From: Nitrosopumilus sp.
GTDB lineage: Archaea; Thermoproteota; Nitrososphaeria; Nitrososphaerales; Nitrosopumilaceae
Length of the DNA: 64,000 nt
Direction: 5' to 3'
NCBI GenBank assembly: GCA_965214775.1
Contig: OZ243974.1
Span: 1,056,001-1,120,000, forward strand
Notes under the pieces: model-generated
The model's database searches: none
What the model saw: the letters and a program-made list of their open reading frames with translations, nothing else
What the model was told of the DNA's origin: nothing
Part shown: in pieces, positions 20,565 through 30,760 of the stretch
How positions within the stretch are numbered: position 1 is the first letter of the stretch
Layout: each line of letters opens with the position of its first letter
Position numbers and translations under genes: made by a program

Positions 20565-20867
20565 CTGCTATGGACAAAAAATCAAAGATATAAAAACCAT
20601 GTGTATCTTGGTTCGTGAGTTTGCCCCGCGGGCTTGCCAAACATCTGGCCGGAACCACAGCACAAACCGCGCGCTGACGGCAGAAAACCGGCAGCTCAAA
20701 CAGCGTGCCAAGTATTGCGAGACCCGCACAGCCCGTCATCGCAGAACTCGATTCTGACCAGACAGAAAAAGGCCGCTGCCGCAAGGACATCATGCAGCGT
20801 GCACGTATCTGCAAAGGTAAATCTTGGCCGCACAGTGTTTTTTAACCTGCTCCGGGCAGTCCTTGCA

Positions 20868-21758
20868 TTGGACTATGAGGAGCTGAGGGATTTCATACAC
20901 AAGCGTATGCGCATGACACACATCTATCAGCCCCTCATGATCAGAACCATCCTAGAGTCAGACGGCGGGGCAGCCACGGTCGGCGACATTGCAAGCAGCT
21001 TTGTGGGCCAGGACAGGGCATACCTGGAATACTACAAGAAGATAGTAAAGAGGTGGCCACATGACACCCTCGTCAGGAAGCAGAAGGTGGCCGAGTATGA
21101 CAGGGGGAGCCAGTCGTACAGGCTGCGGCTTGACGGGGAGCTGTCCGACGGACAGAGGGCCGAGCTGATAAACCTGTGCGACTATAGACTAGAGGAGTTC
21201 CTCGACCGGGATTATTGGATACTTGGCAGGAGGGTGACCCCCGAGCGCATGGCCCTCTCGAATCTCAGGTACGACATCCTGGCAAAATCAAAGGGGGTGT
21301 GCGTTGCATGCGGCACCCCGGCAACCAAGACCCCGCTTGACATTGATCACATTGTCCCCATAGCGCAGGGGGGCTCCGACGTCCCGGACAACATGCAGGC
21401 ACTGTGCTTCAGGTGCAACCGCCAGAAGAGGGATCGCGACATGACGGACTTTCTGCTGTGGCACAAGCAGATCCAGTTTGCAAAAAGCCCGAAATGCAGA
21501 ACCTGTGACGGGCGCCACGGGGCGGGGCCGCACAACCACATGGCGTTTGCCGTGACAGAGGGGGACTGCTTTGTGGCGCCGATACGGCACGTGCGCTCCT
21601 TTTCGGAGATGATCCTCGCCGAAAGGCAGCTGTGCATGGCTCTGGTACACAGTGTGGTCGAGGACCTCCGGATCAAGTCGCCTGCTGCAAAGTTTGGAAT
21701 CGACGGCCTGTATGACTCGGATGCAGAGCACTGCCGCATATCGATCGTACGGGAGTGA
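20868..21758 (+). CDS. HNH endonuclease with degenerate HIT-like C-terminus
   Basis: MRMTHIYQP N-domain; CVACG..DIDHIVP..GG..NMQALCFRCN; VAPIRHV in the tail; TTG 20868 preferred as start. Confidence 0.78.
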   Translation: MDYEELRDFIHKRMRMTHIYQPLMIRTILESDGGAATVGDIASSFVGQDRAYLEYYKKIVKRWPHDTLVRKQKVAEYDRGSQSYRLRLDGELSDGQRAELINLCDYRLEEFLDRDYWILGRRVTPERMALSNLRYDILAKSKGVCVACGTPATKTPLDIDHIVPIAQGGSDVPDNMQALCFRCNRQKRDRDMTDFLLWHKQIQFAKSPKCRTCDGRHGAGPHNHMAFAVTEGDCFVAPIRHVRSFSEMILAERQLCMALVHSVVEDLRIKSPAAKFGIDGLYDSDAEHCRISIVRE

Positions 21759-21837
21759 GGGAAATAGTCGTCAAGATCCTGGCCGGCAACACCGCTAGGG
21801 GCAAACTCTTACGGGAATGGGTTCATTTCCGTCTACT

Positions 21838-21917
21838 AGACTTTATGCGTAATTGGTTCAGATCTAGGATTATTACGAACAAATTCGTCTCATTCAGATC
21901 GATTACGCATAAAGTCT
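21838..21917. mobile_element. 80-bp MITE of the IS5/ISL2-type element at 42849
   Basis: TIR AGACTTTATGCGTAAT / ATTACGCATAAAGTCT; 3-bp TSD ACT. Confidence 0.9.
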
Positions 21918-22067
21918 ACTGGGATGTTTTGATCCAGTCAATTACGCAAAGTCTTGTTAACCGTTGTTTAACATTTTGATTGCCATATCCACATTCCCGT
22001 CCGAGTCGACTATGGCTCGTGCAACCTCATGCGGTAAGGCGTTAGTTGACTCGTGGACTGGGTAAAA

Positions 22068-22277
22068 TCATGGGGGTGGAATGCCAGTATCAAGAAAATC
22101 TGATGCTGGAAGGTCGTGCGCATAATAAAATCCACCGTAGCTACACACAGGATATTCCAACTGCTGATACAGATCGCAAATGTGGTGCGTCATGACCTCC
22201 TTGTACATGTTGGGAGAGCTTGCAAAGTGAAGGAACAACGTGCTGTATGTGTAGGCTAAAAAGGCACAAAACAACAA
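22068..22277 (-). CDS. Small membrane protein
   Basis: Frame stays open upstream with hydrophobic KILLFIIGILVALLLF; start uncertain. Confidence 0.35.
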   Translation of the reverse strand: MLFCAFLAYTYSTLFLHFASSPNMYKEVMTHHICDLYQQLEYPVCSYGGFYYAHDLPASDFLDTGIPPP

Positions 22278-22344
22278 GAGTGCTACCAGTATACCGATTA
22301 TGAAAAGTAGTATTTTGGGTTCAAAGATAAAAAAAAGGATGCGG

Positions 22345-22927
22345 TCAAGGCAACGCCCTTTGTTGGAATTCCACTCTGAAACTTACATTATCCAAGGGAT
22401 TCTCGATTTCAGCGCCAGACCAACCAGACAGTTGAGCCTGTAAACCATAGTATGATTGAGAGTGTGAATATACTGTATCACTGACAACGGCAGTTGTTTT
22501 ATGCGTATAGTGCGGAATTATACACCATTCAAAATACGTAGGAATGGAGCTATCACCATATGCGTGCCAGTTTATGTTGCTCCAGATATTGCTTGATGAG
22601 CCTTGCCACGAAGTATCCGCCTGCCAGTGCATAACCCAATGGTTGATGTCGTTCCAACACGTTTGACTATAACTGTCACTACCGGATGCAAACTCGTTGT
22701 CTATTGCAGTATAGCAACGGGCAGAAGTCTTTGAGTCAAAGTAGGTCATAACTACACGTAAAAAACCTCAATTATTTCTGCTCGTTGCTATAGTTATATT
22801 TAGCATCGTCTCTGATTGTCACATAATTTTCTGCGTAAACAGATCTTTCTATGCCAAACAATAAACTAGACATTGCGATCAAAGACGCAAACAATACTGC
22901 TTTTGTGTTTTTTGTTTTGTAATTCAT
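22345..22927 (-). pseudogene. Secreted Trp/Ser-rich protein split by an IS630 MITE
   Basis: Signal peptide NTKAVLFASLIA; removing 81 nt rejoins AKYNY-TAIDNE in frame. Confidence 0.72.
22712..22790. mobile_element. 79-bp IS630-derived MITE
   Basis: Same sequence family; TA duplication. Confidence 0.93.
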
Positions 22928-23122
22928 GTCGCTGCCTGCATCACAACCACTTGTTATGTAACAACTGCTAGTCGTCTGCGGTATGCCTTTTGCGCACGAA
23001 ATGTGCAAGAACTGGATCCCGTACTCGTCAAAGGGTGCCGGAAAGTTCGCCCGTGAAACGGCGGTCTCCGCCGGCGGATCTGTTTTGCGCTATTTTGCAT
23101 GTTTTCTAATCATCTTCCACAG

Positions 23123-23259
23123 AGAGATGATCCTAAATTACAAACCAAACAAATTTTTCGAATAATTTCACAGATAACTTGCATTTTGTTGGTGTTTTGA
23201 GACGCTTTATGCAAATTCGTCCACAAATAATCTGAATCTGCCAATTTCGAATCAACTCT
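23123..23259. repeat. About 137-bp dispersed repeat, inverted copy of 15000-15136
   Basis: Imperfect terminal repeats AGAGATGATCC / GAATCAACTCT. Confidence 0.75.
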
Positions 23260-23288
23260 GGTGAACAAAAGTACACTTTCAACTACTG

Positions 23289-23567
23289 ATGGAAGGAAAA
23301 TCCTTAATGAGTGCCATTGTTAATAATCAGCTGGGAATGGTATACTCGTATCAGGTCATAAAGTTTCAAACGATTTCGCTTGTTCAGGGAACGCATTGGT
23401 CACAGTCGGTAGGAGACAAAGGAATTCTCTACAAATCACTCAAAGATCCTTTTTCAAAAATAATCATCCAAACACCAAACGGTTCGAAAAAACTTTACCG
23501 TATTCCAAAAGACAGAACTGTTGTGGTTGCAAATGACACTGTGCATTTTCTTGGCGAGCTGGCTTGA
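23289..23567 (+). CDS. Hypothetical protein
   Basis: Short ORF abutting the convergent gene; start may be downstream. Confidence 0.55.
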   Translation: MEGKSLMSAIVNNQLGMVYSYQVIKFQTISLVQGTHWSQSVGDKGILYKSLKDPFSKIIIQTPNGSKKLYRIPKDRTVVVANDTVHFLGELA

Positions 23568-23840
23568 TTATTTGAAGAATTGATCAACTTGGTCTCTGTA
23601 TTTTAGGGCAATTTTTCCAAAATCTGCAAAATCCTCTGCAGTTGGATATTTCATTCTCATTGCAAACTGATTGACAAACACAGACAGGGCGCTACCAATT
23701 ATGAGGTTGTATACGCCATCGGCCACGTTGTCTGAGTATGGAAATGCGACTTTGATAAACGGCAGATAGGTTTCAGTTTGAGATATCATTAATTTGATAT
23801 GTTTTTCAACAAATTCTCCAACCTCGACAGGAATTGTCAT
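23568..23840 (-). CDS. Hypothetical protein
   Basis: 90 aa, backbone-like composition, TATA-like motif upstream. Confidence 0.65.
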   Translation of the reverse strand: MTIPVEVGEFVEKHIKLMISQTETYLPFIKVAFPYSDNVADGVYNLIIGSALSVFVNQFAMRMKYPTAEDFADFGKIALKYRDQVDQFFK

Positions 23841-24239
23841 GATCTTAGTAGTGTTGATTTCTTATAAGTAGATGATGGTAATCATGATGATGGTGCCCTA
23901 TCTGAGCACCTGTTGTCTCTGGGCACTTTACTCTTCCCTTTCTGCTTCTTCTAGGAAGACATACCGGATGTCTGTTACAACACGCCTAGGGAGGGCATAA
24001 AATCCCATCAAAACCTGCAAAAATTTCACAACAACTGGCATCTTTTTTGTCCCGTTGCATGCATGCCGTCCAATCTTGGCAGGTTTTTGTACTCTGTCCT
24101 GCATGCATTTTTCCATACAATATATCGTGATATCTCGAGCCCATGCATAACCGTCAAAAGATAAAGCGTTTGATTGCACTGCACTGACTTTTTGACAGAA
24201 AAACAAAATTGAATTTATAATCGAACCCTCTGATTTGTA

Positions 24240-24542
24240 GTGTTGCTTGAATTAGACAAAAAAATATTCGGAGACATCACAACCAAGGAGATTATCGGCG
24301 CAGTGCCGCCTGCCATTCCGGACACTAGGGAACTGCTAGAAAAAGAATTAGAAAATTTACTATCCAAGCTCGAATCTGCTCCGAGGAAAGCACTTGAAAA
24401 ACTCTTGGAGCAGCAAAAGGCCTTTGACGCTCATATCAACAGCAGGCCCGGAGCAATGGCACTTGCTCAAAATAAAATACAACTGTACAATGAATTTAGT
24501 GGCAGATACTCCGATGCCATAAGGAAAAAACTAGCGTCTTAG
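24240..24542 (+). CDS. Hypothetical protein
   Basis: 100 aa helical ORF with TTTATAA about 25 nt upstream. Confidence 0.65.
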   Translation: MLLELDKKIFGDITTKEIIGAVPPAIPDTRELLEKELENLLSKLESAPRKALEKLLEQQKAFDAHINSRPGAMALAQNKIQLYNEFSGRYSDAIRKKLAS

Positions 24543-24550
24543 ATACGGGC

Positions 24551-24650
24551 CAGGCTCTGAAACCTACTTTCTGATTTGAGGCACAGATTATCTTCTTTGA
24601 TCGGCATTCTTCGCTAGTCGCAAAACTCACGCCCGAACTTCCAGAGCCTG
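24551..24650. mobile_element. MITE of the 4620 family (core only, inverted)
   Basis: CAGGCTCTG...AGGCACAGAT...GAACTTCCAGAGCCTG. Confidence 0.7.
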
Positions 24651-24651
24651 A

Positions 24652-25650
24652 TCAGCTGCTGCCATCTTTGGCTTTTTTCTTTCTTTTGCGCCTTTTGGCT
24701 GAATTTTGTTTTTTTCTGATTAACAGCGAAAATAACGTGCCTGCAGGAATCCCGATTATTGTCCCAAGACTGACATATGGCGCAATGAAAAAGTCTCCAA
24801 TCCAGATTCCTCCGTCGGTAGTCAATTCCATGAATGTTCTGGGTCTTAGCACAATTGAGACTGTTTGGGAATCTGTCTTTTCCTCCTCAACATCATCGGT
24901 GTATTTTACAATTATCTCAAAGGGGAGCTTGTATTCTGTATTTACCTCTTCTGACGGAGTTATGATTCTTGATGTAAATGCAACCGGCGTGCCTTTATCA
25001 ATTTTTGAAAAAGTATGAGACGTCTCCCCCCTAAATTCAACATCGGCAGGCGGAATTATCTTTATGTTTACATTTGCAATGTCAATGTCCTGGGAAATTA
25101 CCTCCACCTCGATTGGAAATTCAGCGCTTGTAAAAATTGATTCGGGAGTTTTTGTGTAAATGGTTACCCTAGGATCTTCCTTGACCAAAATTGGAATTGC
25201 GATATCGTGAAATGTTGCAGGTTGTGGGGTTTCATTGTTTGCAATCAGGCTTTGAGAGTACTTTAAGTTCAGAAAATGCCTTCCCTCATTTGCCGAATCT
25301 GAAATTTGCACTCTGATATTTTCGCCAAACGAACCGCCCTGAGCCAGCCTCTCAATTATGATGGGTTCTGCCGGCTCTATGATAAATTCCGAGGTTCCTG
25401 AAAACGTAAAGTCAAAAACAATATCCTGCTTGTCTTCCCATCCGTTGTTTTGTACCAGAACGGAGATCATCTCCTCTCTTCCGACAACAATCTCATCTGG
25501 ATAGGTGATTTCGACATCCATTCCCCCTTCAAAGTTTTGAGTGAACGTTTCGGCATGAACGCCAACAGGCAGTACAAACAATCCTAGGACGACTGGAATT
25601 ATCCAAACCTGACTCATACCTACTCTAACCATCATAAAATATATCGCCAT
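24652..25650 (-). CDS. Membrane-anchored cell-surface protein (S-layer/Ig-like domains)
   Basis: Signal peptide, beta-rich repeats, C-terminal TM helix and basic tail. Confidence 0.7.
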   Translation of the reverse strand: MAIYFMMVRVGMSQVWIIPVVLGLFVLPVGVHAETFTQNFEGGMDVEITYPDEIVVGREEMISVLVQNNGWEDKQDIVFDFTFSGTSEFIIEPAEPIIIERLAQGGSFGENIRVQISDSANEGRHFLNLKYSQSLIANNETPQPATFHDIAIPILVKEDPRVTIYTKTPESIFTSAEFPIEVEVISQDIDIANVNIKIIPPADVEFRGETSHTFSKIDKGTPVAFTSRIITPSEEVNTEYKLPFEIIVKYTDDVEEEKTDSQTVSIVLRPRTFMELTTDGGIWIGDFFIAPYVSLGTIIGIPAGTLFSLLIRKKQNSAKRRKRKKKAKDGSS

Positions 25651-25702
25651 GATTATTCTGTGTTATTATCCGCCTCAGATCGGACAAAGTTTATCCCAAA
25701 AG

Positions 25703-25826
25703 CAGTATTCCCAGATGTGCGCGACTCGCGGCGGCGGAGACGGCAATGTGCGAATCTGCAGGAAGAAGCCTGATTTGAGCTGTTTCAAGATTGGAGCCTC
25801 TTTTTGGGTTGCTTTTGGGAAGACGA
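25703..25826. mobile_element. MITE of the CAGTCTTCCC family upstream of pyrE
   Basis: CAGTATTCCCAG...TTGGAGCC...TTGGGAAGAC; aligns with the reverse complement of 59166-59287. Confidence 0.78.
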
Positions 25827-25868
25827 GATCCGCAATGGTTTATTATCCGGATAGAGGTCTCTTCTCCA

Positions 25869-26492
25869 ATGACGGGCTTGTCATCTGATTTCGAAACCTA
25901 CAAACAAAGACTAGCTGAACTGCTAGTGGAAACCAAAGCATTTCAATATTCGCCAGACAAGCCATTCAAGCTGGCATCCGGGGCGACCAGTCCCTATTAC
26001 TTTGATCTAAAGTTACTAAATGGACATCCCGAAGGAATCAACGTTACTGCCAAGGTATTTTATCATTTAATCAGGAAATTCCCTGATGTAAAAGCAGTCG
26101 GCGGACTGGAATCAGGCTCTATCTCAATTGCAACGGCAATTTCACAATTAAGCTACTATGAAAATCAAAGAGATTCTTCAAACCCGTTGATCACGTCGTT
26201 TTTTGTACGAAAAAAGCCAAAAAACCATGGAACCCAAAAACTAATTGAAGGAAGAATTTCCTCGCCTGTAGTTATTATCGATGATGTGATCACTAGCGGA
26301 ATGTCTGCAATAACTGCAGTACGTGCAGTGCAAGAAGAAAAATCTGATTGCAAGGCATTAATGTCCATTATTTTCAGAGGATCCGAAGAGCAATCCAAGA
26401 AAATCGAAGAGGAGATCCCGTTACGATATGTCTTCCACAAAGATCAACTTGTTGAAGAATGCAAAAAACGGTTCAAAGAATTAACTGCCTAG
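25869..26492 (+). CDS. pyrE: Orotate phosphoribosyltransferase
   Basis: FKLASG..SPYYFD, RKKPKNHG, IIDDVITSG PRPP loop; ATG 25869 chosen because the ORF-track start is in a MITE. Confidence 0.85.
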   Translation: MTGLSSDFETYKQRLAELLVETKAFQYSPDKPFKLASGATSPYYFDLKLLNGHPEGINVTAKVFYHLIRKFPDVKAVGGLESGSISIATAISQLSYYENQRDSSNPLITSFFVRKKPKNHGTQKLIEGRISSPVVIIDDVITSGMSAITAVRAVQEEKSDCKALMSIIFRGSEEQSKKIEEEIPLRYVFHKDQLVEECKKRFKELTA

Positions 26493-26686
26493 CAACTATC
26501 TTCTTAAAAACGGCAGATATAACACAGATACATGTTACGTGAAACTTTACCATCAATCTCAAAACTGGATTCTCCTGTCGTCCGGCTTAATCCCTGAATG
26601 TTCGCTCGGGATGGCTTTTCATTGTCAGAAATGTCTCTCATACTTGTAACAATGAGATTTTGCATACAGGGGGGCACGGGCAGAAA

Positions 26687-28165
26687 TTACAAGTTGTCCG
26701 TCCAGCTGTCTGATGATTTTTTTCTGACCAACCCGCCGTCAGAAACTTCGTCGGCCATCTCGTTTTGTTTGCCAGAGCCTTCTTTTGGTTCCTCGGGCGG
26801 CGGTTTTACAAACCCGCCCTCAGTTGATTCGGGCGGAGGTATGTTCTTGGATCTTCCAAGACCTATTGTGGTAATTATGACTGATGACAGGATAATGAAG
26901 AAAATTATCTGCGGATAAGCCTCTGCATTTGGCAACCCCATTGTTATTGGATAGGTTGCAAGCACGGCAGCAGCCAATCCTCTGGGGATCATGGAATTTG
27001 TAACTGCTCTGTCAAGCCGTGAAAACCTCTTTGTAAGGGTGATCTTTCCGACAAACATTCTTCCAAGATATACTGCAACTGTAATCAGAATCCCAAAGAC
27101 GATGTATTCTATCTGTCCAAAGCTTGCCATCAATCCCACAAATACGAAGAAAAATGATCTTACCAAAAACGTAAGCTGGTTGTGTGTAGGATCATCTGTC
27201 TCGATTCTTGGAAGTTTGAATTTGAGAACACGCGCCAGATGACTCTTGTTTCCCAGCATCAGCCCAAACACCAGTGCAGTTAGTGCCCCTGATTCTCCAA
27301 ATGAATTTGCCAAGAAGAACAACACAAACAGTATTCCCAGCGTCAGCATGTAGGCATGTTGCGCATTTCCGAGTTTTGTTGAAACATACATCCATGGAAT
27401 TCCTACCCCGAATCCCAAAACAAGACCTACGACTATGGCCCTTCCGATTGTTTCTTGCAGCGTGTTTAAATCAAACGTTCCTGCAAGAACTGCCTCAAAC
27501 AGAATAAAGGCAACGATGGTAGCTAGGATATCTGTTAATGCGGACTCGAAGCTTAGCATTGATTTGGTCTCTTCGGAAATCTTGATGTTTCTTACAAGAC
27601 CAAACACTATGGCTGAACTGCTGCCTCCGACAATTGATGCCAACAGAATGCTTTCCAGCCAAAGCCAGCCTAACGCATAGTGGGCCGCAAGCGCAATGAT
27701 TACCACTGACAAAATAAATCCCAGAATGGCCAGTGTGAAGGAAAAGTGCGCGGTTTTTACAACATGCTTGATGTCCAGGTTTAGTCCGCCATCAAACATG
27801 ATGATAATTAACGCAAGTGCCGCAAAATATGGAACAACCTGGACTACTGCCTCGGCCTGGATTAATCCAAATACCGGACCGATAACCACTCCCAAAATCA
27901 TCAAAAACGCCACATCTGGAATTCCGGTTTTTTTGAAAAACGCCTCTCCTGCCACTCCGAGAAAAATTACAACTCCTGCTGCAAGCAAAATCACGTGCGC
28001 AGGAGCTATTATCCCGTCTTGAAATGATGAGAGTGTTCCCAGTGAACTCTGAAAGTCGGAAATTTTTTCCAAAATCATGGATGTGTCAAAGTTTGAAATC
28101 GGAACTGTCTCGCCGGCGGCCTGTCCTCTGATTAGATTCAAAACTGACAGGGCCACAGGATTCAT
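26687..28165 (-). CDS. Cation:proton antiporter (CPA1/NhaP-like)
   Basis: Multi-TM; FESALTD and PRGLAAAVLA motifs. Confidence 0.88.
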   Translation of the reverse strand: MNPVALSVLNLIRGQAAGETVPISNFDTSMILEKISDFQSSLGTLSSFQDGIIAPAHVILLAAGVVIFLGVAGEAFFKKTGIPDVAFLMILGVVIGPVFGLIQAEAVVQVVPYFAALALIIIMFDGGLNLDIKHVVKTAHFSFTLAILGFILSVVIIALAAHYALGWLWLESILLASIVGGSSSAIVFGLVRNIKISEETKSMLSFESALTDILATIVAFILFEAVLAGTFDLNTLQETIGRAIVVGLVLGFGVGIPWMYVSTKLGNAQHAYMLTLGILFVLFFLANSFGESGALTALVFGLMLGNKSHLARVLKFKLPRIETDDPTHNQLTFLVRSFFFVFVGLMASFGQIEYIVFGILITVAVYLGRMFVGKITLTKRFSRLDRAVTNSMIPRGLAAAVLATYPITMGLPNAEAYPQIIFFIILSSVIITTIGLGRSKNIPPPESTEGGFVKPPPEEPKEGSGKQNEMADEVSDGGLVRKKSSDSWTDNL

Positions 28166-28270
28166 TATTGTCTGAACGTGGTTTCATGCGGTTAAAAATC
28201 AAACTCGAAATTTCAGGCTCTGACTATTCTGAGATACACATTAAATCTACCATTGCGCAATCTCTGATGC

Positions 28271-28813
28271 TTGAGTGCAACTGATGCTCTACGTGAGGAC
28301 CACAGGCAAATTAGACGGCTGGAAAAAGTGATCCTAAAATGCTATACTGATCTTCATGCAGGAAAAGACATTCCGTTATCTGACATTGATAAGATTACTG
28401 TGATCATTGAAGAATTTCTAGACTCGATCCACTATTCACGCGAGGAAGACTCGTATTTTCCTTGTGTTGCAAGCTATGATCACCTAAAGCAAGAGATTCG
28501 TGGTCTGTTGATTGAACACGAATTTTCACGAAGGATTGCAATTCAAATTAAAAGACATCTCAAGCGATGGAAAGATGGCGAAAATGCCAGAGAACCTGTT
28601 GCAAGATATCTAAAGACTTACTACGTTTACCTTCAGGATCACATGTCTAAAGAAGAAGACTTTTTTGACAAGGCTGAGGCAAAAGTCATTTCCAAAGAAG
28701 AGGAGATGGACATGTACGAGCAATTCAAATCGATAGTGGCCATTTCAAAAAAATTAAAGGACATGATCAAAGAAATAGAAACTCTGGAGAAGAGCGCCTG
28801 GTTCGAAGATTAA
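28271..28813 (+). CDS. Hemerythrin-domain protein
   Basis: H..HYSREE..EH..HMSKEE iron ligand pattern. Confidence 0.85.
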   Translation: MSATDALREDHRQIRRLEKVILKCYTDLHAGKDIPLSDIDKITVIIEEFLDSIHYSREEDSYFPCVASYDHLKQEIRGLLIEHEFSRRIAIQIKRHLKRWKDGENAREPVARYLKTYYVYLQDHMSKEEDFFDKAEAKVISKEEEMDMYEQFKSIVAISKKLKDMIKEIETLEKSAWFED

Positions 28814-28831
28814 CGTAACCTCTTTATTGGA

Positions 28832-29365
28832 ATGTTGAAAAACTTGACCATGAAACCTTTTGTTCTTTGGATGACCGGCCTTCCGTGTTCTGGCAAGACT
28901 ACCATCGTAAAAGACTTGCAAAAAGACGTGCCAAACTTGGCAATGCTTGACGGGGACGAACTTAGGGAATGGTTTTCTCCAAAAGACTTTTCAAAGGCAG
29001 GCAGGGACGAACACAACAAAAAGGTTGCCCATCTGGCAAAGCTTTTGCTAAAACACGAGGTTCCAAGTGCAGTATCCCTTGTATCTCCATACCTGGAGAA
29101 CAGATCAAATGCCAGAGAGATTGTTGATGCCGGTGATCAGTTTGTCGAATGCTACGTAAAGTGTTCCCTGGAAAAATGTGAAGAGCGCGATGTCAAAGGC
29201 ATGTATGCCAAGGCCAGAAAAGGGGAAATCAAGGGATTTACCGGAATCGACGATCCCTATGAGGCTCCTGAAAAGGCTGATCTGATCGTCGATACAGAAC
29301 ACGAACCGCTGTCTGATAGTGCAAACAAAGTAAGGGGCTTTCTTAGGACAAAAAACCTACTTTAA
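28832..29365 (+). CDS. cysC: Adenylyl-sulfate kinase
   Basis: GLPCSGKT, LDGD, RDVKGMY, FTGIDDPYEAP. Confidence 0.93.
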   Translation: MLKNLTMKPFVLWMTGLPCSGKTTIVKDLQKDVPNLAMLDGDELREWFSPKDFSKAGRDEHNKKVAHLAKLLLKHEVPSAVSLVSPYLENRSNAREIVDAGDQFVECYVKCSLEKCEERDVKGMYAKARKGEIKGFTGIDDPYEAPEKADLIVDTEHEPLSDSANKVRGFLRTKNLL

Positions 29366-30172
29366 TTTTTTAAACTCTTCAACTATTTTGCCATGAACCA
29401 GTCCGTTTGTAACTAGAATTCCGTTTTTATGAAACACGTCTTTGTTGTTGTACGTAAGCTCATTTCCCAGCATGTCTGTCATTTTGCCACCGGCTTCAGT
29501 TACAATACAGTGGGATGCTGCCGAATCCCACTCTTTCATTTTGTTTGTAGTTGTAATGTATGCCTCAGCCTCCCCGGAACTGATTTTTCCCACCTTCAAC
29601 GAACTGCCAATGCTTGTAAAATCCTCAATTCCTAATTTCTTGATAAATGACTTTTCCTTGTCAGACAGGTGATGTCTGGAACCGACTGCTCTGCATTTTG
29701 GAATATCTGACTCTGCAGTGACTGAAATTTTACTCCACACCTCATTGGAATACTTGAACGCGCCCCGGCCTTTTTGTGCAACAAACAAAGTTTTTTCTGT
29801 AGGCCATCCAATAACCCCCAGAACCGGTTTTTTACCTTTTACCAGCGAAATCATTATGGTAAATTCCCCGGTTCTGTCAATAAAATCAGAGGTTCCGTCA
29901 AGAGGATCTACTATCCAAACCGTTTCTTTTGACAGTCTCTCGGGACTATCCCTGTCTTCTTCGGACAAAATTTGGTGGTGTGTTCTTGAAAGATGTTTTT
30001 TGATAATTTCATTGCTTTTTAGATCAGCTTCTGTAATGGGCGAGTCGTCATTTTTTGTAAACTCTTTGATCTCTCCTTTGTAAATCCTCAAAACCGCTTC
30101 TCCGGCCTCGACTGCTGCCTCTATGGCCACATCTAACTCCGGAATCTTGTTGGAAATCGGTATGTCTTTCAT
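29357..30172 (-). CDS. cysQ: 3'(2'),5'-bisphosphate nucleotidase
   Basis: LSEE, WIVDPLDGT, SRHH, GSSLK, EWDSAA. Confidence 0.9.
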   Translation of the reverse strand: MKDIPISNKIPELDVAIEAAVEAGEAVLRIYKGEIKEFTKNDDSPITEADLKSNEIIKKHLSRTHHQILSEEDRDSPERLSKETVWIVDPLDGTSDFIDRTGEFTIMISLVKGKKPVLGVIGWPTEKTLFVAQKGRGAFKYSNEVWSKISVTAESDIPKCRAVGSRHHLSDKEKSFIKKLGIEDFTSIGSSLKVGKISSGEAEAYITTTNKMKEWDSAASHCIVTEAGGKMTDMLGNELTYNNKDVFHKNGILVTNGLVHGKIVEEFKKLK

Positions 30173-30180
30173 TCAAATGC

Positions 30181-30387
30181 CTATGTGGTTAGTTCCGGTT
30201 TTAGTGTCCAAACAACACCAAGCACAATAAATGGAATGGAGATTATTCCGATAATTCCCAAAATTGTATTAAACTGAGATTCTGAAACTTCTGGATTGTT
30301 TACTATCCATGGGAGAGGCAGTGTGACGATTACCCAGATAATTCCTAAAAGTATGATTAGTTTTGCCTTTGATTTTCTGTCTTTCAC
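30181..30387 (-). CDS. Small two-TM membrane protein
   Basis: 68 aa, two hydrophobic helices. Confidence 0.65.
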   Translation of the reverse strand: MKDRKSKAKLIILLGIIWVIVTLPLPWIVNNPEVSESQFNTILGIIGIISIPFIVLGVVWTLKPELTT

Positions 30388-30529
30388 TGTTCTTTCTTCC
30401 CCCCAGCTGTATTAAATCCATATGAATCCGTTTTATGGATACTCCATGCCAGGTGAGGAATTGGGCCGGCCACCAAGTTGGAAATGCGGCATTCACGCCT
30501 TATTAGACTGGTCATCATGATGTTTTGCC

Positions 30530-30760
30530 GTTCATAAACCCTGGGCCTTTTTCTGTTTTTTATAATGGCTTTGTCATCATCATTATGTCAGCAGCATCTG
30601 CAACTCGGACAAATGCGATTTCTTCTGATCTTGTCTTTGGTATATGGTGCCCGAGGCATTCTGTTAAAACAATTGGCGCAGCTTTTAGTGCAGACTGGCC
30701 TGCATTAAACCCCTGACATGCCTTATCCTGTAACTGACGAAACATTGGTTATCAAACAGA
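30530..30760 (-). pseudogene. Possible decayed TnpB C-terminus
   Basis: Frames give RQLQDKA, then PVCTKSCANC..RICPSC..HNDDDKAIIKN, resembling the TnpB Zn ribbon and RuvC-III; contains stops and frameshifts. Confidence 0.35.

Noticed and set aside
20634-20867. N-terminal 78 aa of the HNH ORF
   Set aside because: It runs through a GC-rich intergenic tract with imperfect inverted ends; the recognisable domain begins near TTG 20868.
21997-22062. Imperfect hairpin GAGTCGACTA/TAGTTGACTC
   Set aside because: Single copy in this window with no TSD; it cannot be separated from a terminator or an old MITE.
25649-25888. 79-aa ORF sharing a peptide with the CysH extension, and extended PyrE start
   Set aside because: The shared peptide is MITE sequence read in frame.
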